Shown here: positions 35,834 to 45,694 of the stretch, piece after piece | How positions within the stretch are numbered: position 1 is the stretch's first letter | Layout of the letters: every line of letters begins with the position of its first letter | DNA from: Parabacteroides sp. | GTDB lineage: Bacteria; Bacteroidota; Bacteroidia; Bacteroidales; Tannerellaceae | Direction: 5' to 3' | Assembly: GCA_022775005.1 (NCBI GenBank) | Contig: JALFJR010000056.1 | Coordinates: forward strand, 19,151-83,150 | Length of the DNA stretch: 64,000 nt | Position numbers and translations under genes: made by a program | Notes under the pieces: generated by a model | The model's input: the letters and a program-made list of their open reading frames with translations, nothing else | What the model was told of the DNA's origin: nothing | Database searches by the model: none

Positions 35834-38245
35834 ATGAAAAAAAGAGATTACATCTTATGCGCCGCCCTCGGCCTCTTGGCGATCGGGCAAACCTTGGCGC
35901 AACAGCTTTCGCCCTCCCAAGCGAAGGCTAAGGCGGAGGCGTTCTTGCAACAAAAGGCGGGATTGCGCGCGTCGGGCGATTTACAGCTGCTTTTCGCGGT
36001 GACGGACACGACGCAGCTCGACGTGGATGCGACGGGTTCGCTGCGAGCGGCTACTGAGGGTGATGCCTTGCTGTATGCTTTTGGCCGTGCGACGGGTGGC
36101 TACGTGATCGCGGCGGGCGACGAGCGGGCGGAGGCTGTCTTGGGCTATAGCACGACGGGCTCTTTGCGGTCGGATAACCTGCCGGAAGGTATGCGCGGCT
36201 TCCTGCGGCAATATGCGGTGGAGATCGCCCGGGCACAGGAGCAGGATTTGCGCAGCGACACCAAAAATCTCTCTTACAACCCACGGTGGAAGACGATCGA
36301 TCCGCTGATCACCTCGAAGTGGAATCAAACGGATCCCTATAACCGCCAGACGCCAACGATGAACGAGCAACAATGCCTGACCGGTTGCCCGTCTGTGGTG
36401 TTGGCGCAGCTGATGGATTATTATCAGTATCAAAACTGGAAGGTAGCGAAGGAGACTTGGTACTCATCAGCAAATGATGGTTCCGCCTATATCGACCGGG
36501 AGGTGACGGTGCAGTTTACCGACACGGTGGATTGGTCGCTTTTGAAACGCAACTACGGCGTAGACAACTACACCGAGGCGGAGGCCAATGAGGTGGCGAA
36601 GCTGATGAAATACGTCGGGGCGACGATGCACATCAACTACGGCGTGAGTGGCAGTGGGCAGCAGGAGCCTTATATTCTGTGGAATATGCACCGGGTAGCG
36701 GATTACGGCCGGTATGCTTCTCAAGCACAGGCCTGGCAATATGCGTTGCGCGACTGGAGCGAGAAGCTCTATCGGCACTTGGCGGCGAAGCGCCCTGTGG
36801 CTTATGCCAGCGGAGGCGGTGGCCATATCTTCCTGCTCGATGGCTATGCCGGTGAGGGCTATTTTCACTTCAACTGGGGGTGGGGTGGCTACGAGGATGG
36901 CTATTTCCGCTTGACAGCCCTGCTGCCGGAGCAAAAAATGCACTTCGGGCAATTTGCCTATTTCGATGTTTGCCCCTCCGGAATGGAGCCGCTCAACGAG
37001 GAGCCGTTGCTGCTTGAGGATGTGACGTTAGACACGACAGCTGTGGAGCCCCAAATGAAGATCCAACTCTTTACCTACAATCCAGCGCCACAAAGCGGGA
37101 TGCTCTGCTATGCGATCGGGCTCTCTGAGGATAGCACGTTCGTGTCTGACTCGGTGCAATTCACATTGGAGGCAGACAAACAGGTTTCCGAGTGGATCAA
37201 GCTGCCCTTCCCTCAGTATCAAGCGATCGAGCCGGGTGTCTATCCATTGGCTTTCTTCCAACAGATGAGCAACGGATGGCAAGAGGTGATGCAAAGCGCA
37301 TACGTGGAGTTTTATACCTATTTAGTGAAGCGACCGGAGGAGGCGTTTATTGGTTATCTTCCTTATTACGTGGAGATGAAACTGGATGAGTCGTCGAAAG
37401 CGCTCTATTATCAAGGCTGTGCCGATACGCTGTCGCTTCAGGTGACGCACTATGGCACCGGCATGACCTCCAATGCCTTTATACCTGTGCTGTTCAACGA
37501 GACCGATACTTTCCAATTGGCGAAGAGTGACCATTTGTTGGTGGAAGGACTCAACGACCTGCGTCTGCCGATCCGGGTGTCGAATGAGATTCCTGTGGGC
37601 GATTATCGCCTGACAGTGATCAATGATTTTGAAGATAGTTCAGATACCATCTCGGTGTTGGTCAATCCGGGTGTCGAGTTGGTGATCACGGAGGCTCCCG
37701 CCCTTGCCGATACCTTTTTTGTCAATGAAAACAATGTGTTTTCTTTCAAGGTGAAGAACGTGGGTGTGCTCGACTTCAGCGGTACGCTCTCGACCGGTGC
37801 GGTGCAGGATGGCAATCAGCTCTACCTGCGCAGTCAATCGATGCGGATTGCCGTAGGCGAGGAGCAGACCTACACGGGTGGCATCCAATCCTCCGCAAGT
37901 AGCGCAGTGGTGCTCTCTTTGCAGCAAGACAAGGCTTGGCCGCTTGCCTTAGAGTCGGGTGAGTTGTTTGAGAAAAAGGTTGTTTTCATCGACAAACCGA
38001 CGGCTAACGAGGCAATCGCCGTTGCCGGGATAAATATCGCTTGGCAAGGCCAGACGCTCTGCGTGGAGTCAGCCGTGCCGTTGCGGGCTTACCATATATA
38101 TAATGTAAAGGGTGGTGTGGTAGCTGCCGGCTCAGCGAGTGGCAACGAGTTGCGTCTCGATGGCTCCGCATGGCCGACAGGCATCTATTTCGTAGCGATC
38201 GAAACGGCGGATGGAAAGACAATGATCCAAAAGATACGCAAGTAG
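35834..38245 (+). CDS. C10-family (streptopain-like) cysteine peptidase with T9SS C-terminal sorting domain
   Basis: Signal peptide, a propeptide-like N-terminus and WNQTDPYNRQTP. Catalytic Cys is in TGCPSVVLAQLMDYY and His in GGGGHIFLLDGY, followed by FHFNWGWGGYEDGYF. The last ~80 aa (...WPTGIYFVAIETADGKTMIQKIRK) resemble a type A T9SS CTD. Confidence 0.8.
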   Translation: MKKRDYILCAALGLLAIGQTLAQQLSPSQAKAKAEAFLQQKAGLRASGDLQLLFAVTDTTQLDVDATGSLRAATEGDALLYAFGRATGGYVIAAGDERAEAVLGYSTTGSLRSDNLPEGMRGFLRQYAVEIARAQEQDLRSDTKNLSYNPRWKTIDPLITSKWNQTDPYNRQTPTMNEQQCLTGCPSVVLAQLMDYYQYQNWKVAKETWYSSANDGSAYIDREVTVQFTDTVDWSLLKRNYGVDNYTEAEANEVAKLMKYVGATMHINYGVSGSGQQEPYILWNMHRVADYGRYASQAQAWQYALRDWSEKLYRHLAAKRPVAYASGGGGHIFLLDGYAGEGYFHFNWGWGGYEDGYFRLTALLPEQKMHFGQFAYFDVCPSGMEPLNEEPLLLEDVTLDTTAVEPQMKIQLFTYNPAPQSGMLCYAIGLSEDSTFVSDSVQFTLEADKQVSEWIKLPFPQYQAIEPGVYPLAFFQQMSNGWQEVMQSAYVEFYTYLVKRPEEAFIGYLPYYVEMKLDESSKALYYQGCADTLSLQVTHYGTGMTSNAFIPVLFNETDTFQLAKSDHLLVEGLNDLRLPIRVSNEIPVGDYRLTVINDFEDSSDTISVLVNPGVELVITEAPALADTFFVNENNVFSFKVKNVGVLDFSGTLSTGAVQDGNQLYLRSQSMRIAVGEEQTYTGGIQSSASSAVVLSLQQDKAWPLALESGELFEKKVVFIDKPTANEAIAVAGINIAWQGQTLCVESAVPLRAYHIYNVKGGVVAAGSASGNELRLDGSAWPTGIYFVAIETADGKTMIQKIRK

Positions 38246-38266
38246 GGACGCAAGGTCTTTGCGTCC
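38246..38266. terminator. Hairpin between convergent C10 peptidase and DUF5103 genes
   Basis: GGACGCAA-GGTCT-TTGCGTCC, an 8-bp stem. There is no clear U-tract on either strand. Confidence 0.35.
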
Positions 38267-38269
38267 GGA

Positions 38270-39538
38270 TCAGAGCATCGGGATCTCGTTCTTGATGATG
38301 GCCACACCGATCAACCGATCGTAGCGACTACCCATCGGGCGGTAATAGACATAGACGCTGTATTGGTTCTCTGTCTGGAAGAAATCGCCCTCGATGGGAG
38401 CGGTCCGCCCGGTCGTCTCCCCATTGGGCACGAAGAGGTATTGATAGTTGTATAGTCCCTGCTTCAAGAGCACCGACTTCTCGTATTGTCCCGTCTCGGG
38501 ATTAAAGCCCATCCGGCTCTTCTCATCTAATACATTATTATAGATCTCGCTGCTCAAATAGACGTTTCCATCGGGAATTAGCCCCTTTTGCAGCGTGAAA
38601 TGGACGATGTAATAATCGGCCTCCGTGTCCGGATCGCTGCAATTGCTACAGCGCACCAAGTAGCGTCCGTTCTGATCTTGATCGTATTCGTAAGGATGTT
38701 GGTTTCGGGCCTGGTCGGGCATCACCTCGGCGTGATAGTAGGGGTTGTGAAACGAGAAGCCCTCGATGCGCATCCCGTTGTATTTGTTGCTCAGGAACTC
38801 CATGCGGCGGTATTCGTTGCCGGCGGGGAAGATCAGCTGGCGCAGGTTGGTGTAGGCCAACTCATGCTCGCGCATGCCCATGGGCAGCAGGCCGGTCACG
38901 GCGTTGTCACGCCGGTTGTTTTGATAGACCCAGATCTTCAGGTCGCTTTGTGGGTGAGGGATGTCCAACTGCTTATGGTTGATCACGAAGCTGACCTGCT
39001 GATGCGACTGGTTGGTGTCGATGTCGGTGTTGCTGCTGACACGGGCGGCGATGCTGACCATCGGCTCATAGATGGAGAAGCAGGCGGTCAAAACGATCTG
39101 CTCCGGGTGGTCCTCCTCATACACCTGCACGGCGTAGTTGCCTGATACCTTGGGAGCCATATCCTCGTTAGGCAACAACAGGCGGTAGTTGGTGTATTGC
39201 ACCGTCGTACCCATCGAAGTAGCAAAATCCTCGATGGTAGATCCTTGAAAACCGTCGAGGTATTCGATGGGTGAGAGGTTTGACCGCTGCCAGTCGGCAT
39301 CGCAATGGATCAGTTTGTAGGCATAGCGGTTATAGCCGGGGTCGATGGCATCGAAATTGATCTCAATCTGTTGGGGGCTACCTAACTCGATCAACGGATC
39401 GGAGAGGGGCTCGTTGGCTATCCGCACTTGCAACGTCTTGATGTGTTTATCGCTGATGTTGGTGAAATAACGCTCCTGTGCTGTCGTAGTGATGAAAACG
39501 GCACAAAGCGATACGAAAAAGATACTAAATCGTTTCAT
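38270..39538 (-). CDS. DUF5103 / T9SS plug-type protein
   Basis: Signal peptide, then ...IKTLQVRIANEPLSDPLIELGSPQQIEINFDAIDPGYNRYAYKLIHCDADWQRSNLSPIEYLDGF...SGNYAVQVYEE..., which matches my recollection of the DUF5103 family that plugs SprA in T9SS. Confidence 0.55.
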   Translation of the reverse strand: MKRFSIFFVSLCAVFITTTAQERYFTNISDKHIKTLQVRIANEPLSDPLIELGSPQQIEINFDAIDPGYNRYAYKLIHCDADWQRSNLSPIEYLDGFQGSTIEDFATSMGTTVQYTNYRLLLPNEDMAPKVSGNYAVQVYEEDHPEQIVLTACFSIYEPMVSIAARVSSNTDIDTNQSHQQVSFVINHKQLDIPHPQSDLKIWVYQNNRRDNAVTGLLPMGMREHELAYTNLRQLIFPAGNEYRRMEFLSNKYNGMRIEGFSFHNPYYHAEVMPDQARNQHPYEYDQDQNGRYLVRCSNCSDPDTEADYYIVHFTLQKGLIPDGNVYLSSEIYNNVLDEKSRMGFNPETGQYEKSVLLKQGLYNYQYLFVPNGETTGRTAPIEGDFFQTENQYSVYVYYRPMGSRYDRLIGVAIIKNEIPML

Positions 39539-39628
39539 TTTTTCAAGCTCTCTTTTAGACGGCGCAAAATTATGGAATTATTTCGCTTTTTATTTGCCCA
39601 AGGCTACCGCAAAGCATGAAAAATTGTT

Positions 39629-39636
39629 TACTTTTG
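39629..39636 (+). promoter_or_regulatory. -7 element TACTTTTG for the nqr operon
   Basis: Matches TAnnTTTG 35 nt upstream of ATG 39671. Confidence 0.45.
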
Positions 39637-39670
39637 CGGGAAAATTACATATAAACATTTTAGTTGTATC

Positions 39671-41017
39671 ATGGCAAATGTGATTAAGATTAAAAAGGGT
39701 TTAGACATCAATCTGAAAGGCAAGGCTTCGGAAGTGCTGTTAAACGGCGGAAAGAGCGAGACTTATGCGATCGTTCCCGACTTTTATAGCGGCGTGCTTC
39801 CTAAGGTCGTTGCCAAAGTAGGAGACAAAGTCAAAGCCGGTTCTGTATTGATGATCGATAAGAACCGCCCCGAGATCAAGTTCGTTTCGCCGGTGAGTGG
39901 TGAGGTAACAGCCGTTAACCGAGGCGCGAAGCGTAAGGTGCTAAGCATTGTAGTGACGCCGGATGCTCAGATCGAGTATGAGGAGTTCGGAAAGAAGAAC
40001 GTGGCTTCCTTGAAGGGAGACGAGGTGAAGGAGGCGATGTTGAACGCCGGTATGTGGCCGTTCGTTATGCAGCGTCCGTATGACATCGTCGCTACCCCGG
40101 GCGAGACACCGCGCGACATTTTCGTTTCCGCTTTCTATTCGGCTCCGTTGGCTCCTGATTTCAATTACCTTGTGAAGGGGCAAGAGGCCGATTTCCAGAC
40201 GGGTCTGGATGCGTTGGCAAAGTTGACAAGTGGTAAGGTGTATGTGGGTATCCGCAAGGGTTCTGCCGTTCAGCAGGTGAAGGGCGTTGAGCTGGTTGAG
40301 GTTGAGGGCCCGCATCCTGCGGCTAATGCCAGTGTGCTGATCAACCACACGAAACCTATCAACAAAGGTGAGACGGTTTGGACCGTGGATCCGGCTAATG
40401 TGATTATCATCGGTCGTTTGTTCAACAAGGGTATCGCTGACTTCAGCCGCAAGGTGGTGATCACCGGTTCGGAGACGACAGAGCAGGGCTATGTGCAGGC
40501 TATTAGTGGTTGTACGATCAAGAGCCTGATAGGTGGCCGCGTAGCGACTGACACTCATATCCGTATCATCAGCGGTAATGTATTGACCGGTACGAAAGTG
40601 ACTATGGAGGATTATTTGGGCGCTTACGATAATCAGATCACCGTGATCCCTGAGGGTGACGAGACGCACGAGTTTTTGGGCTTCGCCATGCCGCGTACGG
40701 ATCAGTATAGCATGAGCCATAGCTACTTTAGCTGGTTGATGGGCAAGAAGGAATATGTGCTGGATGCCCGCATCAAGGGTGGTAAGCGTGCCATGATCAT
40801 GTCGAATGAATATGACAAGGTGTTCCCGTTGGATATCTATCCGGAGTATCTGTTGAAGGCGATTATCGCGTTTGACATTGATAAGATGGAGAACTTGGGT
40901 ATCTATGAGGTGGCTCCGGAGGACTTCGCGTTATGCGAGTTCGTGGATACCTCCAAGATCGAGTTGCAGAAGATCGTCCGCGACGGTTTGACCCTGTTGT
41001 ATAAGGAAATGAATTAA
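39671..41017 (+). CDS. nqrA: Na+-translocating NADH:quinone oxidoreductase subunit A
   Basis: 448 aa with the MANVIKIKKGLDINLKG opening typical of NqrA. First gene of a six-gene nqr cluster. Confidence 0.9.
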   Translation: MANVIKIKKGLDINLKGKASEVLLNGGKSETYAIVPDFYSGVLPKVVAKVGDKVKAGSVLMIDKNRPEIKFVSPVSGEVTAVNRGAKRKVLSIVVTPDAQIEYEEFGKKNVASLKGDEVKEAMLNAGMWPFVMQRPYDIVATPGETPRDIFVSAFYSAPLAPDFNYLVKGQEADFQTGLDALAKLTSGKVYVGIRKGSAVQQVKGVELVEVEGPHPAANASVLINHTKPINKGETVWTVDPANVIIIGRLFNKGIADFSRKVVITGSETTEQGYVQAISGCTIKSLIGGRVATDTHIRIISGNVLTGTKVTMEDYLGAYDNQITVIPEGDETHEFLGFAMPRTDQYSMSHSYFSWLMGKKEYVLDARIKGGKRAMIMSNEYDKVFPLDIYPEYLLKAIIAFDIDKMENLGIYEVAPEDFALCEFVDTSKIELQKIVRDGLTLLYKEMN

Positions 41018-41039
41018 TAACAAATAAACTTATAATACT

Positions 41040-42236
41040 TTGAAAGCGTTAAGGAATTATCTCGACAAGATTAAGCCTAACTTCGAGGAAGGCGGCAAGC
41101 TGGCGATGTTCCGTTCTGTTTTTGATGGCTTCGAGACCTTCTTGTTTGTCCCGAACGAGACCTCAAAATCGGGCGTTCATATTCATGACAGTATCGACTC
41201 AAAGCGTACCATGACGGTTGTCATCATCGCTTTGTTGCCTGCGTTGCTTTTTGGTATGTACAATGTCGGTTATCAACATAACTTGGCGATCGGCAGTGAT
41301 CCTGGTTTCTTGATGACCTTTATTTATGGATTCTTGGCCGTGCTGCCTAAGATCATCGTGTCTTATGTAGTGGGTTTGGGAATCGAGTTCACGGTGGCAC
41401 AATGGCGTAACGAGGAGATCCAAGAGGGTTTCTTGGTTTCCGGTATCTTGATCCCGATGATCGTGCCGGTGGATACGCCACTTTGGATGATCGCGGTCGC
41501 TACGGCTTTTGCGGTAATCTTCGCGAAAGAGGTGTTCGGTGGTACGGGCTACAATATATTTAATGTAGCGTTGGTAACACGTGCGTTCCTGTTCTTCGCT
41601 TATCCGGCTGCGATGTCGGGCGATCAGGTTTGGGTACGTACGGCTGATACTTTCGGCTTGGGTGCCGGTCAGGTAGTAGATGGTTTCTCAGGTGCGACTC
41701 CGTTAGGTCAGATCGCCACGGCTTCGTTGGATTCTTTCCAGGGCGTAGTGAATACGATTGGTCAACCGATCTCCACTTGCGACTATTTCTTCGGTTTGAT
41801 CCCCGGTTCTATCGGTGAGACCTCTGTCTTGGCTATCTTGATCGGTGCGGTGATCTTGTTGATCACGGGTATCGCCAGCTGGAAGACGATGGGTTCTATC
41901 TTCGTAGGTGGTGCTGTGATGGCATTGATCTTCAATGCGATTGGCTCTACGGTTTCCATGACGGTTTGCCCGATCGACCATTGGTGCTTGGGCGGTTTCG
42001 CCTTCGGTGCGGTCTTCATGGCAACGGATCCGGTCACTTCCGCTCGTACGGAGACAGGTAAGTATATCTATGGTTTCTTAGTCGGAGCAATGGCGGTTAT
42101 CATCCGTGTGCTGAACCCTGGTTATCCGGAGGGTATGATGCTGGCTATCCTGCTGATGAATGTATTCGCTCCGCTGATCGATTACTATGTGGTTGAGGCT
42201 AACATCTCTCGCCGCTTGAAACGTGCAATCAAATAA
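41040..42236 (+). CDS. nqrB: Na+-NQR subunit B
   Basis: 398-aa polytopic protein containing the FMN-attachment motif FSGATPLG. It uses a TTG start, since there is no in-frame ATG after the nqrA stop. Confidence 0.9.
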   Translation: MKALRNYLDKIKPNFEEGGKLAMFRSVFDGFETFLFVPNETSKSGVHIHDSIDSKRTMTVVIIALLPALLFGMYNVGYQHNLAIGSDPGFLMTFIYGFLAVLPKIIVSYVVGLGIEFTVAQWRNEEIQEGFLVSGILIPMIVPVDTPLWMIAVATAFAVIFAKEVFGGTGYNIFNVALVTRAFLFFAYPAAMSGDQVWVRTADTFGLGAGQVVDGFSGATPLGQIATASLDSFQGVVNTIGQPISTCDYFFGLIPGSIGETSVLAILIGAVILLITGIASWKTMGSIFVGGAVMALIFNAIGSTVSMTVCPIDHWCLGGFAFGAVFMATDPVTSARTETGKYIYGFLVGAMAVIIRVLNPGYPEGMMLAILLMNVFAPLIDYYVVEANISRRLKRAIK

Positions 42237-42247
42237 GTAGTAGGAGT

Positions 42248-43051
42248 ATGGCAAAGTTTAAATGTAAAGTATGTGGATATATCCACGAAGGGAATAAAGC
42301 GCCGGATTTTTGTCCGGTATGTCAGGCTCCCGCTTCTGAGTTTGAGGAGATCAAGGAGGAAGGGGCAGGCCAGAAGAAGGGTTTGAACCGCGATAGCAAT
42401 ATCTACACAGTGCTGTATGCCGCTGTGATGGTGTTGGTCGTTGCCGTAGTGTTGGCTTTCACCTCTCAATCGTTGAAGAGTGCGCAGAAGGCGAACGAGG
42501 ACAACGACAAGCGTCAGCAGATCTTGCGTTCAATCAATGTCTCTGTAGCGGCTAACGAGGCGGAGGCAAAGTTCAATGAGTTGATCACGGATGGCTTCGT
42601 CAAGAAGGGCGCGGCATTTGAGCAGGTTGGAAAGGATGTAGCTTTCACGGCGGCTGAGGCCGAGGAGTTCCCTGTATTCGTAGCGAATGTGAATGGTGAG
42701 ACCAAATACATCATGGCCTTGCATGGTGCCGGTTTGTGGGGTCCGATTTGGGGCTACATTTCTGTAGATGCGGATAAGAACACGGTGTATGGTACGGACT
42801 TCAGTCATGCCAGTGAGACTCCGGGCTTGGGTGCTGAGATCACGAAGCCGGCTTTCAGCGGTCAGTTCGCAGGCAAGCAGCTCTTCAAGGGCAACGAGTT
42901 CAAGTCTATCGCCGTTGTCAAGAAGGGAAAGAGCGCAGACGGACAAGACTATGTGGATGGTATCTCCGGTGGTACGATCACCAGCCAGGGTGTGAGCGCT
43001 ATGTTGTATAACAGCTTGAATAGTTATGTTCAATTTTTAACTTCTAAATAA
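42248..43051 (+). CDS. nqrC: Na+-NQR subunit C with N-terminal rubredoxin-like CxxC...CxxC extension
   Basis: MAKFKCKVCGYIHEGNKAPDFCPVCQAPASEFEE, then one TM helix (IYTVLYAAVMVLVVAVVLAF) and an FMN-binding domain with the flavinylation motif ISGGTITS. Confidence 0.85.
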   Translation: MAKFKCKVCGYIHEGNKAPDFCPVCQAPASEFEEIKEEGAGQKKGLNRDSNIYTVLYAAVMVLVVAVVLAFTSQSLKSAQKANEDNDKRQQILRSINVSVAANEAEAKFNELITDGFVKKGAAFEQVGKDVAFTAAEAEEFPVFVANVNGETKYIMALHGAGLWGPIWGYISVDADKNTVYGTDFSHASETPGLGAEITKPAFSGQFAGKQLFKGNEFKSIAVVKKGKSADGQDYVDGISGGTITSQGVSAMLYNSLNSYVQFLTSK

Positions 43052-43059
43052 GCAAGAAG

Positions 43060-43686
43060 ATGGGATTATTATCTGAAAAGAATAAAGACGTATTGTTCGG
43101 CCCGTTGAGCATAAACAACCCTGTGGTCGTCCAGATGCTGGGTATTTGCTCTGCATTGGCCGTGACATCAAAGTTGGAACCCGCCATTGTGATGGGTATC
43201 TCAGTGACTGCCGTTGTGGCATTTGCGAATGTGATTATTTCCTTGATTCGTAATACAATTCCTAACCGTATCCGTATCATCGTGCAGCTGGTGGTTGTCG
43301 CTGCGTTGGTAACGATCGTGAGCGAGGTATTGAAGGCTTACGCATACGACGTGAACAAGCAGCTCTCCGTGTTTGTCGGTTTGATCATCACGAACTGTAT
43401 CTTGATGGGTCGTCTGGAGGCTTTTGCCTTAGGTAACGGTCCGTGGGAGTCCTTCTTGGACGGTATCGGAAATGGTGTGGGTTATGCGTTGATCCTGATT
43501 ATTGTCGGTTTCTTCCGTGAGTTGTTAGGTTCCGGCACATTGCTCGGTTTCCAGGTGATTCCGCAGGCATTCTACGAGTTGGGATATGCGAATAACGGTT
43601 TGATGATTCTGCCTCCGATGGCCTTGATCACGATTGCCGTGATTATCTGGGTTCACCGCTTGAAGAACAAAGACCTTCAGGAATAA
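43060..43686 (+). CDS. nqrD: Na+-NQR subunit D
   Basis: 208-aa six-TM protein of the NqrD/RnfE type, in the canonical position. Confidence 0.9.
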   Translation: MGLLSEKNKDVLFGPLSINNPVVVQMLGICSALAVTSKLEPAIVMGISVTAVVAFANVIISLIRNTIPNRIRIIVQLVVVAALVTIVSEVLKAYAYDVNKQLSVFVGLIITNCILMGRLEAFALGNGPWESFLDGIGNGVGYALILIIVGFFRELLGSGTLLGFQVIPQAFYELGYANNGLMILPPMALITIAVIIWVHRLKNKDLQE

Positions 43687-43714
43687 TAATGCTAACGATT
43701 AAAGGAATAATAGA

Positions 43715-44332
43715 ATGGAACAAGTATTAAGCACATTTGTACGCTCCATTTTTGTGGACAACATGATTTTCGCATACTATTTGGGTATGTGTTCTTTCGT
43801 GGCTGTTTCCAAGAATGTGAAGACTGCATTAGGACTGGGTATGGCGGTGACGTTCGTGCTTTTCTGTACGTTGCCGATTAACTATATGCTTGAGAATTAT
43901 GTATTGAAAGAGGGTGCGTTGAGCTGGTTAGGACCGGAGTTTGGCGAGGTGAACTTGAGTTTCCTCTCGTTCATCATTTTCATTGCGGTCATCGCCTCTT
44001 TCGTGCAATTGGTTGAGATGGTAGTTGAGAAGTTTTCTCCGTCATTGTATGCCTCTTTGGGTATCTTCTTGCCGTTGATCGCTGTGAACTGCGCTATCTT
44101 GGGTGGTTCTCTGTTCATGCAGCAGAAGGAGTTTGCCAATGTCGGCGTGGCAACGGTTTACGGTTTAGGTTCAGGTCTCGGCTGGATGTTGGCTATCGTA
44201 GGTATGGCGGCTATCCGTGAGAAGTTGACCTATTCCAATGTGCCCAAACCATTGAAGGGTCTTGGTATTACGTTTATCATCACTGGTTTGATGGGAATGG
44301 CATTCATGTGCTTCTCAGGTCTTAAGATTTAA
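43715..44332 (+). CDS. nqrE: Na+-NQR subunit E
   Basis: 205-aa six-TM protein of the NqrE/RnfA type. Confidence 0.9.
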   Translation: MEQVLSTFVRSIFVDNMIFAYYLGMCSFVAVSKNVKTALGLGMAVTFVLFCTLPINYMLENYVLKEGALSWLGPEFGEVNLSFLSFIIFIAVIASFVQLVEMVVEKFSPSLYASLGIFLPLIAVNCAILGGSLFMQQKEFANVGVATVYGLGSGLGWMLAIVGMAAIREKLTYSNVPKPLKGLGITFIITGLMGMAFMCFSGLKI

Positions 44333-44360
44333 GTATTAACGCATTAAAGAGTATTAGAAA

Positions 44361-45647
44361 ATGATGATATTAATGTCGGGCGGACTTACCATCGCAGCCA
44401 GCGCCGTAGTGTTCCTCTTGATCACGTTGATCTTGGTTGGTGCGTTGTTGTTCGCCAAAGCGAAATTGGTTCCCTCTGGAAATGTGAAACTGGAGGTTAA
44501 TGGGAAAAAGGAGATCCAGACACCCATTGGAGGTACGCTGTTAGGCGCTTTGCAGAGTGGCAATATTTTCCTCTCTTCCGCTTGCGGTGGTGGTGGTAAA
44601 TGTGGCCAGTGTCGTGCGCAGGTACTCGAGGGTGGTGGCGAGATTCTTCCCACCGAGAAGGGCTTCTTCTCTCGTAAGCAGCAGAAAGAGCATTGGCGTT
44701 TGGCTTGCCAGACCAAGGTGAAAGAGAACATGACCGTTCAGGTGCCTGACTCTGTGTTCGGCGTGAAGGAGTGGGAGTGCGAGGTGATCAGCAACAAGAA
44801 TGTGGCTACCTTCATCAAGGAGTTTATCGTGGCTTTGCCGAAGGGCGAGCACATGGACTTTATCCCTGGTTCATACGCACAGATCAAGATCCCTGCATAC
44901 TCTATGGACTATGACAAGGATATTGATAAGAGTTTGATTGGCGATGAGTATTTGCCAGCTTGGAAGAAGTTTGGTTTGTTTGATTTGAAATGTAAGAACG
45001 ACACGCCGACAATCCGTGCCTACTCAATGGCCAACTATCCGGCTGAGGGTGATCGTATCATGTTGACCGTGCGTATCGCTACACCGCCGTTCAAACCGAA
45101 ACCTCAGGTTGGATTCCAGGATGTAATGCCGGGTATTGCTTCTTCGTATATCTTCACCTTGAAACCGGGCGATAAGGTAACGATGAGTGGTCCTTACGGT
45201 GACTTCCATCCGATCTTTGATTCTAAGCGTGAGATGATGTGGGTAGGTGGTGGTGCCGGTATGGCTCCGTTGCGTGCTCAGATTATGCACATGATGAAGA
45301 CGTTGAAGACGACAGACCGCAAGATGTCTTACTTCTATGGAGCTCGTGCCTTGAACGAGGTATTCTATTTGGAGGATTTTTTGCAGTTGGAGAAAGAGTT
45401 CCCGAACTTCACCTTCCACTTGGCGCTTGACCGTCCGGATCCTGCAGCTGATGCAGCGGGCGTGAAGTATGTAGCAGGCTTTGTCCATCAGGTAATCTAT
45501 GAAACTTACTTGAAGGATCATGAGGCTCCTGAGGATATCGAGTACTACATGTGTGGTCCGGGTCCGATGTCGAAAGCGGTCGAGAACATGTTGGATAGCT
45601 TAGGCGTTCCGATGGAAATGTTGCACTTTGATAACTTCGGTGGATAA
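44361..45647 (+). CDS. nqrF: Na+-NQR subunit F (2Fe-2S ferredoxin + FAD/NADH domain)
   Basis: N-terminal TM segment, 2Fe-2S motif SACGGGGKCGQCRAQV, FAD motif RAYSMAN and NAD motif MWVGGGAGMAP. Confidence 0.95.
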   Translation: MMILMSGGLTIAASAVVFLLITLILVGALLFAKAKLVPSGNVKLEVNGKKEIQTPIGGTLLGALQSGNIFLSSACGGGGKCGQCRAQVLEGGGEILPTEKGFFSRKQQKEHWRLACQTKVKENMTVQVPDSVFGVKEWECEVISNKNVATFIKEFIVALPKGEHMDFIPGSYAQIKIPAYSMDYDKDIDKSLIGDEYLPAWKKFGLFDLKCKNDTPTIRAYSMANYPAEGDRIMLTVRIATPPFKPKPQVGFQDVMPGIASSYIFTLKPGDKVTMSGPYGDFHPIFDSKREMMWVGGGAGMAPLRAQIMHMMKTLKTTDRKMSYFYGARALNEVFYLEDFLQLEKEFPNFTFHLALDRPDPAADAAGVKYVAGFVHQVIYETYLKDHEAPEDIEYYMCGPGPMSKAVENMLDSLGVPMEMLHFDNFGG

Positions 45648-45664
45648 ATATCAGATATGAAAAA

Positions 45665-45694
45665 AGCGAGGAATGAATTTTCCTCGCTTTTTTT
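45665..45694 (+). terminator. Rho-independent terminator of the nqr operon
   Basis: AGCGAGGA-loop-TCCTCGCT (an 8-9 bp stem) followed by TTTTTTT. Confidence 0.8.

Noticed and set aside
39941-40720. 259-aa minus-strand ORF
   Set aside because: It is antisense to nqrA, which sits in an intact nqrABCDEF operon.
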